The notes under the pieces are model-generated. The model was given only the letters and a program-made list of their open reading frames with translations, had not been told where the DNA came from and made no database searches. Below, piece after piece: positions 8,792 to 18,398 of a stretch of DNA of 64,000 nucleotides. The position numbers and the translations under genes are program-made. The stretch covers positions 64,001-128,000 of the forward strand of contig JAHQWL010000040.1 of the NCBI GenBank assembly GCA_029856155.1, in the 5' to 3' direction. How positions within the stretch are numbered: position 1 is the stretch's first letter; the number at the start of each line of letters is the position of its first letter. The DNA is from Promethearchaeia archaeon (GTDB lineage: Archaea > Asgardarchaeota > Lokiarchaeia > Sigyniarchaeales > SOKP01).

Positions 8792-11296
8792 ATGAGTAAA
8801 ACCAATGTAAATTATTCTGACCAAAAAAGGGAGACAAAATTCCCTATTGCTGAATCTCATGGTCTTTCTCCTCGATCTAAATGGCTTAGAGATTATTACT
8901 TTAGGGGACTAGAGCGAGAATGGAATAATCAATTTATGCCATTTACAACTGGAACAGATTGGGATATCGTGTTTCATGAGGGAGATTGGTATATTAATCC
9001 TGAAGTATATTACTATATCCAAGTATTAGGAAAAAATGATAAAGGTGTATTTGCATCATCATATAGATCAATGGCTATACCAGTTGAATTGCCAGATAAT
9101 TTTTGGGAATTATCTCTACCAGAACGTAGAGTCACCTTTCTCGAAAAAGTTATGCTTGATTATATTCCTCACGAAATTATTTCTGAAAATGATTTAATTG
9201 CAGGTGGGAGATTTAATACTCAATTAAGCAGATGCTTTAATGAGGAAGAAGCAAAAGAATATTGGAAGAAAAATGTAAGAAATAGAGAAGCTGTTTTTAA
9301 GTACCATAAATCTGGATTTGGAAATCTAGGAGCAGTTCCAGGTCATATTATACCTGATTATGAAACTGTAGTTAAAAAAGGATTTAAATATATCTATGAA
9401 AAAGCTCGCAAAACCTATGATGAACTTACAGAAGAGGAAAAAATTGGACCAAAAGGAGGAGAACTCAGAGCAATCATGACTGCAGCTAAAATTCCAAAGA
9501 AATTAGCAAAGAAATATGCTGAAGAGAGCCGAAGATTAAAAACTGAAACTAATAATCCTAAGAAAGCTGAAGAACTTGAACAAATGGCAATGAATTTAGA
9601 AAAAGTACCATGGGAGCCTGCTGAGACTTTTTGGCAAGGAGTTCAAACAGTTTGGCTAACTCATATGTTAGTAATGGCTGAAGAATCATACCCTGGAGCA
9701 GGCCTCTCTTTTGGTAGAATTGATCAGTATCTATGGGATTTATATAAAAAAGATGTTATTAAGCAAAAAACATTCAGTAAAGAATTTGCAAAAGACATAT
9801 TAAGCAGTTTCTGGTTTCATTGTAATACTGTGTATGATGCAATGATTAGAGTTGGTAATCAGGGATTATTATCAGGATTCGGTCAAATTATAACACTTTC
9901 TGGATGTGGTTCAAATGGAGATGATTTAACAAATGAACTTACTTACACTATGCTTGAAGTCATAGATTCATGGTATCCGAGTCTTGAGCCTAAACCTAAC
10001 GTAAGAATTCATAGAAATTCTCCAGAAAGACTTTTGGATATATTAATAGATATGATTGCGAGAGCTCAAGGAGCTCAATTCATTCTGAATTTTGACGAGA
10101 GAAGTATTGCTGGAATGGTTAAAGAAGGTATACCTAAAGAAGAAGCTTGGAATTATGGAGTAGTAGGTTGCCTAGAAAATACTATGCAAGGTAATGATAG
10201 AAGCGGAACTGTAAATTGCAATCCTAATTTATCTAAATCTATTGAATTAACATTATGGAATGGTAAAAATATGCCTAGAAATGATATTGTTACTAAACCT
10301 GGCGAACAAATCGGACCAGAAACAGGAAATCCTGAAGATTTTCAATCATGGGAAGAATTTTATAACGCTTGGAAAGGACAGGTTGAATTTATTATTAGAT
10401 ATACTGTGGATATAAATAATTTATGCGAAGAACTTCGAGGTGATTTTATTCGCACTCCATACCTATCTTCGATCGTTCGAGGATGTATAGAGCAAGGTTT
10501 AGATATTATAAATGGAGGTCCTGAATTGAGATTTATTACTGTTGAAGGAGTGGGATATGCTACGACAGTTGATTCATTACTATCAATTAAGAAGCTTGTA
10601 TATGAGGATAAAAAATACACAATAGCACAAATCAAAAATTCCATTATGAATGACTTTAAAGGAAACGAGGTAATGCAAACTTACTTAATGAATAAAGCTC
10701 CTAAATATGGGAATGATGAAGATGATGTTGATGAATTTTCTAAAATGGTAATGGAAACATGGGCTGAAGAATGTTGGAAATATAAAACACCAACCAACTA
10801 TCAATATCGTCCAGGAATGTTATCATGGAACTACTGGGCTGGAGCAGACGCTAGTTATACAATAGCAACACCAAATGGACGGAATAAGGGATCATTTCTA
10901 TCAAATGCAATCTGTCCTACCAATGGAGCTGATAAAAAAGGGCCTACAGCAGTTACTAATTCTATTGGTAAAGTATTAGGAGGAAAAACTGAATCTGGAG
11001 AATACCTTAATTATTTACCCAATGGAGCAAGCCATACAATTACTTTTAATCCGTCTATAATTAAAGATCCAGAACATAAAGAGAAATTTAAAGCTTATTT
11101 ACGAGGATACATTGAAAATGGAGGGACTTCGTTACAAGTTAATATGCTTGATGCTGAAATGTTGAAGGACGCTCAAAAACATCCCGAAAATTATAAGAAT
11201 CTTTTAGTTAGAGTAACGGGTTATAATGCATATTTCACCACCATAGGTAGAGAATTACAGGATGAGATAATTGCAAGAGAATCTCATAGAATTTAG
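8792..11296 (+). CDS. Glycyl radical enzyme (PFL2/eliminase-like, substrate unknown)
   Basis: SFGRIDQYL, Cys loop GVVGCLE, PKYGND, ATPNGR, glycyl loop LLVRVTGYNAYF. Confidence 0.92.
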   Translation: MSKTNVNYSDQKRETKFPIAESHGLSPRSKWLRDYYFRGLEREWNNQFMPFTTGTDWDIVFHEGDWYINPEVYYYIQVLGKNDKGVFASSYRSMAIPVELPDNFWELSLPERRVTFLEKVMLDYIPHEIISENDLIAGGRFNTQLSRCFNEEEAKEYWKKNVRNREAVFKYHKSGFGNLGAVPGHIIPDYETVVKKGFKYIYEKARKTYDELTEEEKIGPKGGELRAIMTAAKIPKKLAKKYAEESRRLKTETNNPKKAEELEQMAMNLEKVPWEPAETFWQGVQTVWLTHMLVMAEESYPGAGLSFGRIDQYLWDLYKKDVIKQKTFSKEFAKDILSSFWFHCNTVYDAMIRVGNQGLLSGFGQIITLSGCGSNGDDLTNELTYTMLEVIDSWYPSLEPKPNVRIHRNSPERLLDILIDMIARAQGAQFILNFDERSIAGMVKEGIPKEEAWNYGVVGCLENTMQGNDRSGTVNCNPNLSKSIELTLWNGKNMPRNDIVTKPGEQIGPETGNPEDFQSWEEFYNAWKGQVEFIIRYTVDINNLCEELRGDFIRTPYLSSIVRGCIEQGLDIINGGPELRFITVEGVGYATTVDSLLSIKKLVYEDKKYTIAQIKNSIMNDFKGNEVMQTYLMNKAPKYGNDEDDVDEFSKMVMETWAEECWKYKTPTNYQYRPGMLSWNYWAGADASYTIATPNGRNKGSFLSNAICPTNGADKKGPTAVTNSIGKVLGGKTESGEYLNYLPNGASHTITFNPSIIKDPEHKEKFKAYLRGYIENGGTSLQVNMLDAEMLKDAQKHPENYKNLLVRVTGYNAYFTTIGRELQDEIIARESHRI

Positions 11297-11350
11297 TAAT
11301 TTTTATTTATTTTCCAATTATTATTAAAACTAAAGAAAAAATTTAAGATT

Positions 11351-12352
11351 ATGGCATTATCTGAAGCTTTAATCTTCCAAATTCAGAAATTTTCAACTGA
11401 AGATGGTCCAGGAATCAGAACAACTGTGTTTTTTAAACATTGTCCATTAAAATGCATATGGTGCCATAATCCTGAATCTATACTTAAAATTCCTCAACTT
11501 GAATGGTTTAAACATAAATGTATTGGATGTAATACATGCATAGAAACATGCCAACAAAAAGCATTATCATTTTACAAAAATGGCCTGAATATTGATAGAA
11601 AAAAATGTAATGGATGCGGAGAGTGTGTAGAGGAATGTCCTTCTACGGCATTAAATATGCTAGGTAAATTGTGGAATTTAGAGGATCTCTACTATGAGAT
11701 AGAAAAAGATAAGATTTATTATACTAAATCAAATGGAGGAATAACGGTTTCTGGTGGTGAACCTACCCAACAACCTGATTTTATAACTAATTTTTTGAAA
11801 AAATGTAAAGATAATGGAATACATACTGCTATAGACACATGTGGATATGCATCCAAAATTGTTTATGAACGTATTCTACCTTATGTCGATTTAGTACTTT
11901 TAGATATAAAGCATATAGATTCAGATAAGCATAAAGAGTATACTGGTGTTCCTAATGAAGTAATATTAGAAAATGCCATTTGGATTTCTAATTATTTAAA
12001 AGAAAATGATAAAAAAATGTGGATCAGAACTCCAATTATCCCCCATTATACAGCTACTGATGAAAATGTTAAAGAAATCGGAGAATTCATTGTAAATAGA
12101 TTAGATAATTTTCCTGAAAGATGGGATCTTCTTTCTTTTAATAATCTTTGTAGCTCAAAATATGAAAGATTAGATATGGAATGGTCCTTAAAGGATGAGC
12201 CATTAATGAAAAAAGAAGATATGGAACATTTTCTTAGAATTGCAGAAAGTACAGGTGTTCAAAACTCATGTTGGTCAGGATTGACAAAGAGGTCGGAGGA
12301 TGATGACACTAATACCAATAAAAGTAAAAAATCAACAACACCGTCTTGTTGA
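11351..12352 (+). CDS. Glycyl-radical enzyme activating enzyme with ferredoxin insert
   Basis: IQKFSTEDGPGIRTTVFFKHCPLKCIWCHNPES; two CxxCxxCxxxC; GGITVSGGEP. Confidence 0.93.
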   Translation: MALSEALIFQIQKFSTEDGPGIRTTVFFKHCPLKCIWCHNPESILKIPQLEWFKHKCIGCNTCIETCQQKALSFYKNGLNIDRKKCNGCGECVEECPSTALNMLGKLWNLEDLYYEIEKDKIYYTKSNGGITVSGGEPTQQPDFITNFLKKCKDNGIHTAIDTCGYASKIVYERILPYVDLVLLDIKHIDSDKHKEYTGVPNEVILENAIWISNYLKENDKKMWIRTPIIPHYTATDENVKEIGEFIVNRLDNFPERWDLLSFNNLCSSKYERLDMEWSLKDEPLMKKEDMEHFLRIAESTGVQNSCWSGLTKRSEDDDTNTNKSKKSTTPSC

Positions 12353-12397
12353 TAATATCAAATAACAATTTAAATAAATTAAATAACTTGATAAAAT

Positions 12398-13276
12398 ATG
12401 AGTGAAGATAATAGTAAATTTGGTTGGGATTCTGAATTTTCAGATAATCTTATTGCATTTACTCAACCAGAAATAATGGTAAAATTAGTTTCTACAATAG
12501 ATTCAAGGGGTTGGCCCCATATTACAATTATTACATCAAATCGGGCGAAAAGCAGAGATCAAATAGTATGGGGTCAATTTTTTGCAGGTACGAGTAAAGA
12601 AAATGTGCAAAAAAATCCAAAACAAGGAATTTTTTATATGACTCCGGAAGCTCCATTTAAGTTCATTCAAGTTAAAGCTGATTTTACCCATACTAAAAAA
12701 GAAGGTGAAGACCTTGAATATTTCAATCAATTAGATTTTTTCCGATATTTAACTTATATTAATGTTTATAAAGTTTTTTATAACGATCTTGTTGCTGTAA
12801 CCCATATTAGAGATTTGCCACCTGGTAGTATCCCAAGAAAAATTTTTAAAGCTATTATTAAAGAAGCAAAAACTAATCTAGAAGAAAAAAGACTAAATGT
12901 TATAGGGTATAAGCTATTTACAGATAAAATAGGTATAAGAGCGATAGCATATATCGATCCCTCTGATGGGTATCCCGTAGTTATTCCGCATCTTCAACTA
13001 AATGCTGTTGATCACAATAGACTCTATTTCCCATTGACAGCATTAAAAGAGGATTTTTTAAAGATTCCTGTTAATTCAAAAGTTGCTGTAATTGCCGCTA
13101 ATTTCGATATGGCTAGCCAAGTAGTGAAAGGAACCTTTACAGGTATTCAATCAGTTGAAGATATCGAATATGGATTAATAGATATTGAAGAGATTTATAA
13201 TAGTTCTCCACCTATAGTTGGTAAAATTTATCCTGAAATTGAAACAAGACCTAAGGTAAATAAATTTACTCTTTAA
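12398..13276 (+). CDS. Tandem pyridoxamine 5'-phosphate oxidase-like (FMN split-barrel) protein
   Basis: VSTIDSRGWPHIT...SKENVQKNPK and second repeat AYIDPSDGYPVVIP. Confidence 0.6.
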   Translation: MSEDNSKFGWDSEFSDNLIAFTQPEIMVKLVSTIDSRGWPHITIITSNRAKSRDQIVWGQFFAGTSKENVQKNPKQGIFYMTPEAPFKFIQVKADFTHTKKEGEDLEYFNQLDFFRYLTYINVYKVFYNDLVAVTHIRDLPPGSIPRKIFKAIIKEAKTNLEEKRLNVIGYKLFTDKIGIRAIAYIDPSDGYPVVIPHLQLNAVDHNRLYFPLTALKEDFLKIPVNSKVAVIAANFDMASQVVKGTFTGIQSVEDIEYGLIDIEEIYNSSPPIVGKIYPEIETRPKVNKFTL

Positions 13277-13347
13277 ATTTTTTCTTTAGAGAAGAATCTT
13301 AAAAAGATCAAAGAAAAATAATAATATAATCTTATTAACGGATCAAA

Positions 13348-14046
13348 ATGTTTAACTATAAAGATTTTGGGCTAAAAGAAGGTAATCTATATGAAATTAT
13401 AGCCACCACTTATTCTATAGCAAAAAATGGTATGGAAATTAAACCCAATGCTTCTTGTATGGGCATTAGAATGATAGAAGGAGAGCAAATACAAATATCT
13501 CCTTTCTACAGTACTAGTACTTATAAAAATTTGAAGGAGTATAATACAATTGCAATCAATTTTGTTGATGATGTATATTTATTTGCTCTAGCTGCATTAA
13601 AAGAAGCAGAGTCTCCTATTGATTTAACAGAATTTCCCTTAAAATATTATGGTTTTAAAAATATAGAATCTCGTGCTATGGATATGCCATACATAAAAAA
13701 AGCATGGGGAATTCTAATAGGCGAAGCTTCACAAGAATTTCAAAAAACCAAAACCGATAATCTAGGAGAAGTAGTTATACCTATATTTAAATTAGATGTC
13801 ATTTTTACTGAAAAACTTCAAGAAACTCATAAATTGTTTAATAGAGCTGAAAATTTAGCGCTAGAAGCAATAATTCTAACAACTCGCTTGAAGATTGCCA
13901 GAGAAAATCAAAACCAAGCTCTATTTTCTAAGATAAATGAAAAAATAGAAGGATTAATAGAAAATATTGAAAGATTTGGATATAATAAAAGAGCATTAAA
14001 AACTATTAAATTAGTAAAGAACTATATAAATAAATTATTGATTTAA
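13348..14046 (+). CDS. DUF447 family protein
   Basis: YEIIATT...PNASCMGI...STYKNL...INFVDD...FNRAENLALEAII.TTR. Confidence 0.8.
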   Translation: MFNYKDFGLKEGNLYEIIATTYSIAKNGMEIKPNASCMGIRMIEGEQIQISPFYSTSTYKNLKEYNTIAINFVDDVYLFALAALKEAESPIDLTEFPLKYYGFKNIESRAMDMPYIKKAWGILIGEASQEFQKTKTDNLGEVVIPIFKLDVIFTEKLQETHKLFNRAENLALEAIILTTRLKIARENQNQALFSKINEKIEGLIENIERFGYNKRALKTIKLVKNYINKLLI

Positions 14047-14438
14047 TCCTTATTTTGAATTTTTTCAATAAACATTAAAGGATATTCCAATTCATCAACC
14101 CATTCTACTTTTGCTACTACGTGTATAGATTCATATTCAATATTTATTTCTGCTTGTATTATTCTGCCTGTAATCTCATCATAATCAAATTCTGACTGTT
14201 TTTTCCCTAAAACTTTTTCCCTATCTAAATGAATTTTTACAGATTTAACATAAGGTTGGCATGAAATTGCTGATTCAATACCTCTTTCTATCGAATTAAT
14301 TATATTTTCATCACTTTGAATAGGAATTCCACATAGAATATGATATAACGCCCCTAATTTGATACCAGTTTCAAAACAAGCTCTTTCTCTATCACTTAGA
14401 TCAGATGAAAAATAAATTTTATTATTAGTTTTGGGCAT
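14043..14438 (-). CDS. mptD: Archaeal dihydroneopterin aldolase (MptD)
   Basis: SDRERACFETGIKLGALYH...IESAISCQPYV...ELEYPLMFIE. Confidence 0.85.
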   Translation of the reverse strand: MPKTNNKIYFSSDLSDRERACFETGIKLGALYHILCGIPIQSDENIINSIERGIESAISCQPYVKSVKIHLDREKVLGKKQSEFDYDEITGRIIQAEINIEYESIHVVAKVEWVDELEYPLMFIEKIQNKD

Positions 14439-14444
14439 TTATAA

Positions 14445-15455
14445 TCAATCTATAAATTCTATTTTTGCACCTATATTATTAGGTTTACATATATAGATAT
14501 GTCCTCCACTATTTTTCTGATTCTTTTGGACGTCTCTTAATAAAATTTCTGCTTCTGAGTCAGATTCTACAACCCCAACAACACTAGGTCCAAAAGATGA
14601 CATACCGTATGCCTTTAATCCATACTCTTCAAAAAATTTTAAAAGATCTTTGACAATTTCGTGTTGCAAATCAATTTCGATTTTTTTAAATCCAATATTC
14701 TGAATTCTTTTTAATCCTTCTCCAAAACAATATAAATCATTTTTTATAATCCCGGGAATAACCTTCATAATAATTTGGTGAGAAACTTCATTTACTTCAT
14801 CTCTAGGAACTGGTGCATAATTTTGAAAAACACTAACTTCTTCATCTCCATATGCTCCTTTCTTTACATTAGGAATTACTAAGACGAACCTCCAATTTTC
14901 AGGTATATTATACGCAAAAATTGTTAATGCTGGGTTTGCTGAAATTGAAGCGGATGATGGTAAAAAAGTTTCCTTTTCTTTTCCTTTCCCAAAATCGTGT
15001 CCTCCATCTAATATAAAACCTCCTGTTTCAAAACCTCTCCACCCGATTCCAGAGGTACCTCCTCTTTCTACTATTTTTGTTAAATCACTAGTAGTTAAAT
15101 GAGAATAGTTCTTCAATTTCGTTATGGCGGTAGCTATAGCTAAGGATAATTGCGTCTTTGAGCCCAATCCTACGTGGGATGGAAAATATCTTTTAAGATT
15201 GAAGTGAAAGTTTTTATTACTAATATTAAATATTTTAAATACTTTTGAAGCTATTTCATTAATAACTTCAATTGATTCTCGATAATACTTATGAGCTTCA
15301 ATTTTAAATTCTTTAGCACTATTAGACGCTTCAAAAACTACGTTAGGTCGGTCTAACATAAGTCCAATACCGCCGTCTACCCTACCCGTATATCCATTTT
15401 CATCGATTAAAGAAAGATGTATCCGACAAGGCGTAGTTATTCTAAGAGATGTCAT
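14445..15455 (-). CDS. mptG: Beta-ribofuranosylaminobenzene 5'-phosphate synthase (GHMP fold)
   Basis: TPCRIHLSLID.NG..GRVDGGIG, HVGLGSKTQL, RGGTSGIG, GGFILDGGH, GMSSFGP. Confidence 0.9.
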   Translation of the reverse strand: MTSLRITTPCRIHLSLIDENGYTGRVDGGIGLMLDRPNVVFEASNSAKEFKIEAHKYYRESIEVINEIASKVFKIFNISNKNFHFNLKRYFPSHVGLGSKTQLSLAIATAITKLKNYSHLTTSDLTKIVERGGTSGIGWRGFETGGFILDGGHDFGKGKEKETFLPSSASISANPALTIFAYNIPENWRFVLVIPNVKKGAYGDEEVSVFQNYAPVPRDEVNEVSHQIIMKVIPGIIKNDLYCFGEGLKRIQNIGFKKIEIDLQHEIVKDLLKFFEEYGLKAYGMSSFGPSVVGVVESDSEAEILLRDVQKNQKNSGGHIYICKPNNIGAKIEFID

Positions 15456-15571
15456 ATTAGTCTTTTTTAAAAAAACGAATTCTCAACTATAAATAAGAAT
15501 TTTCAAAATAATTTAAATATATGATAAACTTTAATTCAGAGTTTTTAGAGATTTAGAAGGATTTGAGCAAT

Positions 15572-15685
15572 TTGAGCGATTTAGAAGGATTGACTAGGAA
15601 TTTAATAAAAAAAGAATATTCTGAACTAGAAATTCTTCCAAGATTTTTATATCAAAAATTAAAAATACAAAACAATAAAAATTGA
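15572..15685 (+). pseudogene. 5' relic of the AIR-synthase-related gene
   Basis: TTG AGC GAT TTA GAA GGA TTG ACT AGG gives MSDLEGLTRNLIKKEYSELEILPR, matching MSDLEGLTRRLMEKGFRKEEIILR at 16980, then degenerates. Confidence 0.75.
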
Positions 15686-15727
15686 GTAATAATTTAAATT
15701 AATATTAGAAATCATGTGAATAGAATT

Positions 15728-16858
15728 ATGTATGATGTTGTAATTAGTGGAGCTGGTCCATCTGGTTCACATTGTGCTAGAATTATTGCTGAAGCGGGAT
15801 TTAAGGTAGCTTTATTAAAAAAAAATACATAATGGCGAAAACCTTGTGGAGGTTCAGTGTCCTCTGAAATTCTTGCACTATATCCCGAAATAGAAAACTT
15901 AAACATTGCAAAAATCACCGGCACAAAGATTTATTCTGCAAATCTTCATAGTCTCGAACAGAGGCGTACGGATAATTTATATTCTGTAATTGTTGATAGG
16001 TTAGATTTCGATGATTTAATAAGGAACATTGCTGTAGATAAGGGAGCTGAATTATTTGATAAGAATTTATCATATGATTTTGTAATAAAAGAAGGAAAAA
16101 GAATAGGAGTAAAGACAAAAACGCCAGAAGAGATTAAAGAGTATTATGGAAAAATTATTATTCTTGCTGATGGAATGAGTTCAAAATTAGCTATAAAATC
16201 AGGATTGCGTTCAAAATGGGAGCTTAAAGATATCATTGTTAGCAAATGTGCTATAATGGAAGGAGAAAATAAGTTAGATTATAATTTAGGTTATGTTTTT
16301 TTTCAAAGCTATATGGGATATGGTTGGATTTTCCCATTGGGTAAAAAAAGATTCAATATTGGTTGTGGTTCACCTGCTGAGATTGCGTTAAAAGTTAATT
16401 TAAACAAGATGTTTGGTAATTTTATTAATGATCAATACATAAAGACCCATTATCTTACTTCTGATTATAAAACTATTTGGTCAGGATCATATCCACTTGC
16501 TAGAAATGGAATTTTAGAAAAATGTTTGTTCTCTGATAATCTATTGTGTATTGGTGATGTTGCCGGCTTCGTCTCACCTATAACGGGTGAGGGAATTCAT
16601 CAATCTATGCATTCTGCAAAAGCAGCAGCTGAAGTAGCTGTGAATGCTTTGGAAAAGGAAGATTATTCTAAAGATACTCTAAAAGCATATAGAAACCATC
16701 CAGATGTTAAAAATTTAAGAAGAGTTTTTAAATCACTTTTACGTTTAAGAGATTTTTTCTTTGAAGAGAATGGAAAAAATCTAAATGAAATGCTAGAAAG
16801 AGCAGAAAATGACCCCGAATATAGAGAAAAAGCTTTGAATATATTTTTTGCAAAATAA
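15728..16858 (+). pseudogene. Geranylgeranyl reductase-family flavoprotein with in-frame TAA at 15830-15832
   Basis: ATG 15728: MYDVVISGAGPSGS...VALLKKNT*WRKPCGG continues in frame into the 15857 ORF (ADG, GYGWIFP, GDVAGFVSPITGEGI). Confidence 0.8.
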
Positions 16859-16979
16859 GAATGAAATAAAAGAGATTTCTCTTTTAAAAAAAAATAGATT
16901 TCATGGGGAAATATATTTTATAATCTCTTTATTTAATATAAATTAATATTGATTGATTTATATACAAAAGGTTTTCTTT

Positions 16980-18392
16980 TTGAGTGATTTAGAAGGTTTA
17001 ACTAGAAGGTTAATGGAAAAGGGTTTTAGAAAGGAAGAAATTATTTTACGGCTTGTTAAGGAATATATGGATTTTAAAGACATTAAACAAGAGTCCGCAA
17101 CTCTTCTTGCTGAAGCGATTTATGAAGAATGTAAAAAGAGTGATATTAGGATTGTTTCAGATCCCTTTATGAGATATTTATTAGATATTAATAAGTCAAA
17201 TGTGACCATTGGAAAACAAGGAGTGGGTTGTAGGGGGTCAGGCGACTTTTTTGTTCATAAGCTCATTGCAGAGCTATCTGAAACAGAGAAGAGAGCATAC
17301 TTATCACCTAGCTCTTTAGATGATGCTGGTGCTGTGAGAATTAGTGATATTGAAGGTTTTAAAGCAGAAGATGATTTAATCATTGTATCTAAAATGGAAG
17401 GAATTCATAGTCGCTTAAGCGACTTTCCATTCTTGTGTGGTTTTCACGTAATTTCATGCAATACATTTGCGTGAAGCGTATCGAGAGCCGCACTACGAGA
17501 TCTCTATGTCAAAGGAGCAAAACCAATTTCCATTATGGTTGATGTTCATTTAGGAGATGATGCTGATGTTGGTAAACTCTTAGATTTTATGGCAGGAATT
17601 TCCACAATTGCAGAACTTACTGATGTACCTATAACGGCAGGCTCAACTTTAAGAATTGGAGGTGATATGGTTATTGGAAATAGACTTGTAGGAGGGATTG
17701 GGGCCGTTGGTATTGCTGAGGGTAAACTATTTGCTCGAAGGAATATAAAAAAAGGAGATAAAATACTTATGACTGAAGGTGCAGGAGGTGGAACAATCAC
17801 AACCACTGCAATTTATTCAGGAAACCATCATGTTGTTAAAGAAACGTTGAATATTAAATTTCTTGAAGCTTGCAAAGTAATCTTAAATTCAAATTATATA
17901 AATGAAATTCATGCAATGTGCGATGTGACGAACGGAGGGCTCAGAGGAGATCTCTATGAGATTAATTATGAAGCTAAATGTGGAGTAACAATTTATGAAC
18001 AAGAAGTAAGAAAACTTGTAAATCCGATTGTTCTTGAATTACTTGAAAAAGTATCGGTTGATTATTTAGGGGTTTCTTTAGACGCACTGCTAATTTATTG
18101 TTCTGAGGATGTTTCCAATAAAATAATTTCAGATTTAAGAGAAAATGGTATAAAATGTTCTGAAATTGGGTATGTTGATGATTCGAACCAAATAAAAATG
18201 ATTTTTGCGAAAGATAAACAAGAAAATATTTTGCCTCGATTTCGGGAATCAGCTTACACCAAAATAAAACAAGAAATAGGAGAACAAGCACCAGAATCTA
18301 AAGAAGAAATGGAAAATGATATACAAGTGACTGCTTCAAATGCGATAAAGAAACGAAATAAGATAATAAAATATATAAAAAGTCAAAACTAA
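16980..18392 (+). CDS. AIR synthase-related (PurM/HypE/SelD-fold) protein, two exons 16980-17451 and 17482-18392, 460 aa after splicing
   Basis: GVGCRGSGDFFVH, LDDAG, EGIHSRLSDFPFLCGFHV|TRAALRDL, DVHLGDDADVGK, GSTLRIGGDMVIG, DVTNGGLRGD; both halves in the same frame and joined by removing the BHB intron. Confidence 0.9.
17452..17481 (+). other. 30-nt bulge-helix-bulge intron in mRNA
   Basis: Outer helix 17435-17445/17483-17493, central ACGU/GCGU, bulges AAU and AUC, inner 9-bp stem with 5-nt loop; contains the in-frame UGA. Confidence 0.9.
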
Positions 18393-18398
18393 AGCTAA

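Noticed and set aside
8792-11296. Calling the GRE pyruvate formate-lyase (pflB)
   Set aside because: It lacks the adjacent Cys-Cys active site, and its activase has the ferredoxin insert typical of non-PFL GREs.
17472-17474. In-frame TGA read as selenocysteine in a SelD/PurM-fold protein
   Set aside because: Readthrough would leave a 10-aa insertion in the middle of a conserved-looking motif. The TGA lies inside the stem of an exact BHB intron whose removal restores the motif.
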